This document shows, piece by piece, positions 56,193 through 64,000 of a stretch of 64,000 nt of DNA. This stretch comes from Enoplolaimus lenunculus. Its lineage: Eukaryota. Where the stretch lies: the NCBI GenBank assembly GCA_030248215.1, contig JASANG010003984.1, positions 496,001 through 560,000 of the forward strand. The letters are read 5' to 3'. The position numbers and the translations under genes were made by a program. Positions within the stretch are counted from its first letter, which is position 1; every line of letters begins with the position of its first letter. The notes under the pieces were generated by a model, which ran no database searches, was not told where the DNA came from, and worked only from the letters and a program-made list of their open reading frames with translations.

Positions 56193-57247
56193 TTTTTACC
56201 GCAAACTGAGATATAAAGAGCTTAAACTTTAATTCAAAACATTTGAATATCAGGATACTCTATAATCGACCATATAGATAAAAAAGTTTACCAAAACAAA
56301 GCTTCATAAATCTGCATTGCTTATCCGGCCACGTTTTATCTACAGTTGAAAACGCAAACTGAACTCTAGCCGAGGTCGGGAAAAGAATTGCGATAAAATA
56401 CCAACATGCGCTAAAAATATTCCAGATCTATTGCTTTCAATTATAGTTCAAGTCAAAATAGTTGTAATATTTGCACAAAAAAACAATGCTAACGCAACTC
56501 AGCGCAACCACGGGCGATTGGAAACCCAGGCCAATGTAAAGATCAGGGCCGTAACAGTTGCATTGTTACGGATATTCCTAAGCCTATACATATGCCTGAG
56601 AAAAAAATTAGTATAAACCTTACTCTTTGGCAGTACCGCGTAAATACAGCCCGCCCCTTATCTGTAAGAGACAACCGTACGCACAGAAGTAATCGATGTA
56701 TTTACCCGTAGAATGTAATTTGTCCATGAGTTAAGCGTCCCTACGTACCAAACCCATGTATTCGGATCGGCGGACCGCTTTCCACGGGACATAAGCTTCA
56801 GCTCTGGAATAATTTTTTACTTGCCTTAAAAATATGCTTATTTGTACGCTGAATCTTAAGCTTAATACGGACATGCTCACGCGGCCGTCTTCTACATTAA
56901 CCATGCATTCGATAGTACACACTCGCACACCGTATACTCTCGATTATAAAATGTAAAATATACTGCATCAGTTACAGTCACACAAACACCACAATCTAAA
57001 AATTTATTTCGAAATTTACATACAAAATATACATAAATATACGTCACCGGACAACACAATAAAGACAATAAAATCATGTTAATATTAATATGTTCTCTGA
57101 AGGCATAATGATCAACAAACACAATTAGCGATAGGCTATGAATTAGACCTGACCAAAATTTAGAGCCATATTAATTAAAGTGCCAATCTGAGTCTAAATC
57201 AGAGACTACTTCCCAAACATTTAACGGTTAGCCGGTTGCTCATTAGT

Positions 57248-57478
57248 AATTTATAGGCCTATAGTAGAATCCATGAATTTAACGAAACTGTCAGCGTAAC
57301 CACCATAAATCTGTGGATCTTTTTACTTTCGTTAGTTGAACCCTATTGCTAACCAGTGATTTAAATTTATAGGCCTATAGTAGAATCCATGAATTTAACG
57401 AAATTGTCAGCGTAACACCATAAATCTGCGGATCTTTTTACTTTCGTTAGTTGAACCCTATTGCTAACCAGTGATTTA
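57248..57478. repeat. Tandem duplication, 2 x ~116 bp, downstream of the FBXW9-like stop
   Basis: AATTTATAGGCCTATAGTAGAATCCATG...GCTAACCAGTGATTTA twice with few differences. Confidence 0.9.
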
Positions 57479-57644
57479 CTACCAAGTAATGACATAATTT
57501 CTTGCGTAACTACAACAACTTTACTATTTTGTTTAGGCTTACACACTTTTTCAACAGTTTAGACTTAGGCTTATTACGCTTAATGCCTTAATGCAGTTTG
57601 TTACGGCCCTAAAAGTTACATTGGCCGTGACCCGCATCGTTGTT

Positions 57645-60600
57645 TTAAGCTGTTGCTGACACCCAATTAACCACGTCAAACGGTTTCGGTTTCCAAACAC
57701 CAATTGAACCATCACTGAATGAACAAGCGAGGACGTCGCGTCGATGTGAGAGCTAAAAAACATTACATAATTTCGCGCTCCAAAAAGACAAAAAACAAAC
57801 GACTCTCTTAGTCCAAATTAAGAGGTCCCTTTATGCCTCAGTATCCTTTTACATGTTGCTTAAATACTTACTTAACACGCTGCATTTTTTGCTTATTCAG
57901 CTGGAAAAACAAACAGCTAAAAAACATTACCATGTATAGAGAGGGCCGCCAGAGTATCACAAGCAAATTACTAAGCCTAACCGCAAGCCAAGCCCAAGCC
58001 TCAGGGTAAGGCTAGACCTATAAATAGATGCATATAAGCCTTCGCAAAAATTGCTCAAAGCTTAAGCTTACTACATTGCAGTCCCACGAAAAAGCTGTTA
58101 ACCCGTCAGCTATGTACGGGCAGAAAATTTAAACCCCGACTCAAATTAGATAAAATTACCCTTATAGGTTCATATCGAAACGGACCCAAATCTCTAATGA
58201 GGTGAGGCGTAGCTGAATTGGTGAGCACTCTCAAATGTCGATCAGGAGCAATAGTGAACACGGCGCCTAGCGAATGAGTCACATCTGTTAGTTTCGTACT
58301 GATGTTCGATTCCTAAACAAACGATAATACTTAGTATTTTTCACGTAAGTAAGGTTACTGTTTTGCTCGGCATAGAATACCACAAGAAATGATTATTGAG
58401 ATAAACCAAAATTTACCACACAAATTGATTTCACAAATATAATCTGGATTTCAACTCAAATTAAATTCCAATGCTTTGTACTCATTAGGTAAAAACGTGG
58501 ATATCTCTACGATAGATAACTATTACGCTTTTCAACAATTAAACCTGTTGGATGCAGGCTAGTTTGCATAATCAATTGACAAATTCTGAAATACAAATGT
58601 GTTTTAACCAAGAATAACAACCTCAACTGCGACAACTAATTACTTATAACCCAAATGCAACCAGCCGTCGCAAAACAGGAAACTGAAATTGAATTATCGA
58701 AACCGAATATTCTGTATTACAAACGAATTACAATGACTCTTGTTGTCCAGAAAAAAATGCTTACTGAAATTTGACTGAGACTTCCAGCAGTTGTATCGAA
58801 CAAATGCAAGCAACCATTACGATCTACAGACCATAATTCACCGTTTCCGTACGAAATTGATGGAACACACGCATCAAGCTGAAAACAGACAAAAAAGACA
58901 ATGATTGTTGTAACATTATATGTGCACAAAACATTAAAAAGTACAAAATGCAATATAATGCATAATCAGCGGCGGATCCAGAAAAAACAAAAAAGCAAAG
59001 AATAGTAGATATGAGAACTCGTGGGTATGAGAACATGATAAGACGAAAACAAATACAATTATCATACCAATTTCATTACTAAACATCTATATACATGCTC
59101 CATTTTATATTTGACTAATCTTTAGCATAAAACGAACGTGAGAAAGCTTACGTTCAAAAATAAACCCCTTAAAAAGTGTAATATTATTCTTACTGATATA
59201 CGATCCACAACGCGGAATGTTCTGCGATCTGTACAGGCAACAGATCTGTCTTCACTGGAACTGTAAATGTAGTTGCCAGTCATTGCAACAGACAACACTG
59301 CACGTTGATGATTCTGTTAACATAACAGAAAAGCACGAATGCTTCTTACCTGCTATGCGGCGTTCACAGTAATTTTGTCAACAGTGCCGCAAAATCTCTT
59401 ATAGCCCAGGGCTATCATAAGCCCAGGGCTATCATGAGGTAGTTTTCAAAGCGAGCTCATGATAGCCCTGGGCTATAAGAGATTACTCTTATAGCCCAGG
59501 GCTATCAGGTGGAAGCTCCTTCCTGGAAACTCATCATAACCCTTGGCTATCATGAATTTTACCTCATATATATTTATATTCATCACACACATTATGAATA
59601 TGTGTGTTGTAAAACTTGATACCTTTGGTTAAAGTGTGTTTTAGAATTTTAAGCCTTAACCAAGCAATTTTATAGTCCCCTGCACTTCTCGATAGCTCAG
59701 GGCTATCAAAATTGAACGATGCCACAAAATTTGTCTTAGTTCATGGCTAACACCTAAACATCGAAAAATTGAGGAACTTCATCTTGTTGTAAATAATTTA
59801 ACACAGAAATTTTTGCAATCGGAAGTTTTTATTACAATTCGGACCGAGATTTTCTCAAAGCAAAATCCGGGTCGCATCTCAGAAATCTTTCAGACAAAAT
59901 ACCCCGAACTCCTTGATTCTCACAGCCGGATACAAATCTAAGATATATAGCATAAATTTCCACTCCCTCAGCATTCTTTTCTAATTTGTTGAATGAAACG
60001 TACAGAAACAGAAGTAACGTGACGATTACTATCTCGTGGATCCACAACGTTGACTCTGTGGTTATATGTCGCAGCGACAATCGAAGATGCATCAGCGTCC
60101 ATTGATAAAACAGCAGAATGACATCTGAAAAACTAATTGAATTTCGAAATACAACCAGAGAGACAGAGATAAAAATTATACACTTTTCTCGTGCCAAAAT
60201 GTAGCTGCAACCTATCAGATAGTAACAAATAACCAAACATTCTAGTTTGACGTTAACAAATAATCGGTGTACGGCTGGTATATATAGCAAACATCATGAA
60301 CAAAATCGAAGGCGCTCGCTAAAACAAACTCATACTCAAGCTTAAACATGTAATTTAGATACGCATTTAGACATCAAATCCCCAACACATTTTGCTTGGA
60401 CCATACTGATTACTTGACTGCGTTTGCTTTGGCAACACGATCATCACAAATTGTCCAGCAATTGATGTATGTATCCCATGAACCGGAATAGACCAAATGC
60501 TGATGAGCGGCATCTGATGCGATGCACCAAATCCAGCCCTGAAATAGTTAACTTTATTCTTAGTTTCTAATTTAATCGTTTTCAGACATAAAAACGTAGT

Positions 60601-62145
60601 GATGCAAAGTACAATATGACGGAAAGTAGAAACATGGCATTTCGCTAGTGGGTGCTGACAAGTCACCCATACTTCCAAATTTCCCCGCTCGAAAAATCCC
60701 CCATGTCCAGCCCCCTCCCCTCATAAGAGATCCTCTTGATTTGAAGTTAATACAATGGTAAATACGAAAAATGCTTCAAAATAGCAAATTCGAGTAGAAA
60801 ATTGCTGCAAGTATAAAACATTTCTAAAATTATACAAAAATTCGAAAAATTCAAATTTTAGCCCCTAGACGTCGTATATAGTATCCTGCAACGATTGCTA
60901 TTTTATACCGAAACCGGACAGTGAAAATAGCGCTGGAATTCATAACGAAACAACTACAATAAGTAATAGGTACCTTATGAGCTTTATCAACTGACATTAG
61001 ATGGCGACCAACTGTTGGTTGTTGTTGTTGCTCTGAACAGAATGCGGCTTCTGAATCAGTGCTGTCTTCGTTGGTGTGATGATGTTCACATTCTTCACTT
61101 TTGCCTCCTCCAGTGTCTATGCTCCAGATACACAACGATCGGTCGCGAGAGCCACTGACACAAGTAACTCCATCCTAAAACAACGTGATACGAAAACGGG
61201 TGAGAAAATCCTGTTGCAACGCCGCATAGCAAACGTGGGACAGGAATAGAGACCGTATTTTTAAGCTAGAACGAACCGTACTCAAACGTACATGCTTCAC
61301 ACAATGTACATAAAAATTGTAACTTTATTCTAAAATTGTAACTTTATTCTATTTTCCTGAAACCGGTTCCATTTATATAATACATAACGAAATGTGACAA
61401 AACTGACTGCTTCAGGTCCGAAATCTTTGTTAGGGAGCAGCAAATTTTTCAATAAATTGTACAAGGAGAAAAAAAAGAAAAAATTTAAACGAACGTCTAA
61501 AATATGAATTCCGTCAACCGACGCATAATGTGCGTTAAGAAGTGAAACGTAGTCAAGTGACGAAGGCACAAACGATGCTCCGTGAGCAAAACGAGCGGTC
61601 CAATGTCGATGAGATCTGTCAATAGATGCACACAACAAGGCCCAACTGAACTGCGGCGTCACAGCTGAACAATAAACGCATAATGTATATCAGTGGCTCA
61701 AAAGTTGGCGTGCTTATAACTACACAATCAAATTCAAGGTAATGCCTATATTTCGCGCAAACGTTTGTAATTAGCGTTGCAACAGAAGTTCCTATTCGGC
61801 AAAAACAAACATCTAAAATCGGAATCGTTCTGAAAAAGTCCAATCCGCCCCTGAGACCTAAATAAAAACTCTGCGACAAAATAAATTGAAGTCGATACCA
61901 CTAGAAATTTCGCCTGAAGTCGGCTCCGGGTTACTCCATTTTGTACAAAAATGGAACTTACTAAAGCACGACGGAATTACATAATTTGAATAATGCAGCT
62001 GTATCCTGGCTTTCCAAACAGCATCATTTTTCAGGATATCATTAAATTTTCGGCACACAATTCGAACAATGCTGACTACATAGTCAGCGTCCAGGTATGA
62101 ACAAATATGTACGAATATTTCGGGGGGAACATCTTTTAGATACAT
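57645..62145 (-). CDS. FBXW9: F-box/WD40 repeat protein, FBXW9/MEC-15-like, 9 exons
   Basis: Exons 62145-61962, 61664-61495, 61174-60974, 60538-60414, 60124-60004, 59313-59194, 58878-58765, 58312-58160, 57752-57645. F-box LKDVPPEIFVHICSYL...VCRKF...VWKARI; WD repeats AHYASVDGI..CVSGSRDRSLCIW, AHKGWIWC..SGSWD, HQRAVL..SSSEDRSV. The gene symbol is a family-level judgement. Confidence 0.85.
59400..59708. repeat. Cluster of 15-bp palindromes ATAGCCC(A/T)GGGCTAT
   Basis: Copies at ~59401, 59419, 59462, 59491, 59537 and 59693 in an FBXW9-like intron. Confidence 0.8.
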
Positions 62146-63042
62146 TGTTGAATATACAAAATAGCACTAGCTAACTCACCCCATTACATAGGTTGGTTTA
62201 GTTTGTAGTGCAGTGGCAGGTTTTGTTCATACAAAAAATTTTATGTCTGACATGAAGTGAATTTTGAACTATAGTGGACGGAAGACATAACGTTTAACAA
62301 ATTTTTCAGCCGGCATGATAGCATTACAAAGTTATGCATTGAAATTTAAAATTAGCGCATGCTTTACACAGCGAAACTGTTTGTATATATAATGAAACTT
62401 CGAGTTTTTTAAAACCGAACACTGCGGTCACCTTTTGCAAGCCAGCGTTAATAGCTTAAGACTTGTATAGCAATTATGGGTCTATGTATAGCACAGAGGC
62501 TTCTCGTTTTCCAATGTGGAAAACTATGACCAGGAGTGCAGCGCAGCCACTGGTGTACCGCGCTAAAAGAACACACTGGTTTGGTACGAAAAACATAAGC
62601 ATATGTTTGGCTGCGGGAAAGTGTAAAATTTATAAGCCCGGATATTCCCTGGTGAGACGTAGAGAAAACCTGTGGAAAATTTGAACGCTTAGATTATCCC
62701 TATAGTACGGAAAAATTAAGCATACTTAAAATTGAGGAAATGTTTTAAACAGGAAAACAAACATTTTATGTTTACAAATGTAAAGTTACCCCGCACACGT
62801 AGTGGCAAGGGAAAACTATACAAAAGTGCCGGAATTTAAACGCTTAGCTATACTCAGGTTTCGTACGGAACGTAAAATTTGTTTGGAAAACGAAAAAGTG
62901 GACAATTCAAATGCCCAAACTTTGATGGTTTGGTAGGGAAAATTTGAAGCGTAGCCACGTCTATATGACGGCTACGAATTCCGCTGTTTTGTTTCCAACA
63001 ATCATAGGCATAAGTTTGACTGAAAAAATTTAGGCGTTTCAA

Positions 63043-63309
63043 CCCTTTACTTATCACATGAATATTTTCAATTTCATCTGAGAACTACTTTTATGCTAGG
63101 ATTCGAACTCCAGTATGGAGTGGGAGGCGTTTCATACCATCACCACTCAGCTATAGGAGCTTGACGCTCGAGCCCGAGAGGGCTCTCACGTCTTGTGGTG
63201 ATTTAGTACTATGTATACGTGTTGCAATTGTTAAACACTGTGCGCTGTATATTTAACGTATATACACTGCGCTGAGTTGCCCATATAGTCAACTCTATAT
63301 GAGAAGGGG
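63043..63309. mobile_element. Second copy of the piggyBac-like, tRNA-containing MITE
   Basis: Collinear with 45419-45681 (CATGAATATTTTC...GGATTCGAACTCC...GAGAAGGGG); termini more degenerate. Confidence 0.8.
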
Positions 63310-64000
63310 TTATAGATAAGGAATACGCTGAATATACTATTATGGCCCTAAAACTAACATTGGCCGCTCTAGGAATATATATGTTGATACTTCTGCTTCG
63401 GCCCATGTTTCAACATCAATAGGCTTTTGGTGTTTTAGCCTGTGTTGTACCTATTTTCAATTGGCGCAATAAGCTTTGTGGATTCAACGCTTTCAAATAA
63501 AAACAGCTGTTTCTGATGTCACTGCTGTTCATCCGAATTTGACATTCGCAACTGCGGCAGAACTTTATATTTTGCAAATCTCACAGCTCTCGCGTAAACA
63601 GATTTTAAAGCATAAATAGGCGCTGCTTTACTAGGCTTGCGTTGTACAATCTTTTTATTCAGTTTTAAAATTAGTCTGTCATAATCATTTTTAGTTGATT
63701 AAAATAGCGTCAGACATTTTATGTATACGTATCTTGTAGTGCCAAACTTATGGTATATAGAGCCATTTAGAGCAAAAAGCCCGTATGTGTGGTCGTGGGT
63801 TCGATCCCCACCGCATCTGCAGCAAAACTTTCGCGAAGGGTTCTGCATGGAACTGCTTAACTTTTAGAATAGCTTACCTCGGCGTTGCAATTGCACGATT
63901 GTAAATATAGTATTAAGTTTTATCGCACTGCAAAAAATGGTGAGTCAGCTTGACTCTCTCCGAAATAGGCCCTATGAGACTACACAAACTGAGTTAAATT

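Noticed and set aside
59400..59708. CRISPR-like array of palindromic repeats
   Set aside because: Eukaryotic intron, 15-bp repeats, highly irregular spacers and no cas genes.
29190..62145. Operon formed by the consecutive minus-strand genes
   Set aside because: Stop-to-start gaps are 0.5-4 kb and full of repeats, much longer than typical nematode operon spacing; sequence alone gives no support.
63788..63822. tRNA gene (GGTCGTGGGTTCGATCCCCACC)
   Set aside because: Only a T-arm/B box is present, with no recognisable D-arm or acceptor stem; probably a SINE or tRNA fragment.
63521..63929. Terminal exons of a further minus-strand gene
   Set aside because: Exon-like segments (~63929-63880 and ~63676-63520) have incompatible phases and no recognisable homology; unresolved at the window edge.

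Overview
Intron-rich, AT-rich eukaryotic (animal) genomic DNA. It is probably a nematode, inferred from abundant TTAGGC tracts and the gene set, but this is not proven. Spliced gene models were reconstructed by hand from GT/GC-AG boundaries and reading-frame continuity: P5CS/ALDH18A1 (minus, 15 exons, 3' end runs off the left edge), SUB1/PC4 (plus, divergent from P5CS), MED11, NOC2L (21 exons), two tandem single-ORF NAPE-PLD-like metallo-beta-lactamase (MBL) genes, LIN7 and an F-box/WD40 gene (FBXW9-like), the last five loci on minus. Introns and spacers are crowded with short TIR elements (hAT-, piggyBac-, CACTA- and Harbinger-like), and a truncated LINE interrupted by a MITE lies in a SUB1 intron. 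The most striking observation is the second MBL gene. It is a 559-codon frame broken by one in-frame TAG exactly where the conserved Trp of the 'DWW[ED]' motif should be, which makes it a candidate for A-to-I stop-to-Trp recoding or readthrough, a young null allele, or a sequencing error. Also notable are tRNA-like Pol III cassettes carried inside two unrelated TIR elements and telomere-like TTAGGC tracts inside a dispersed TIR family.
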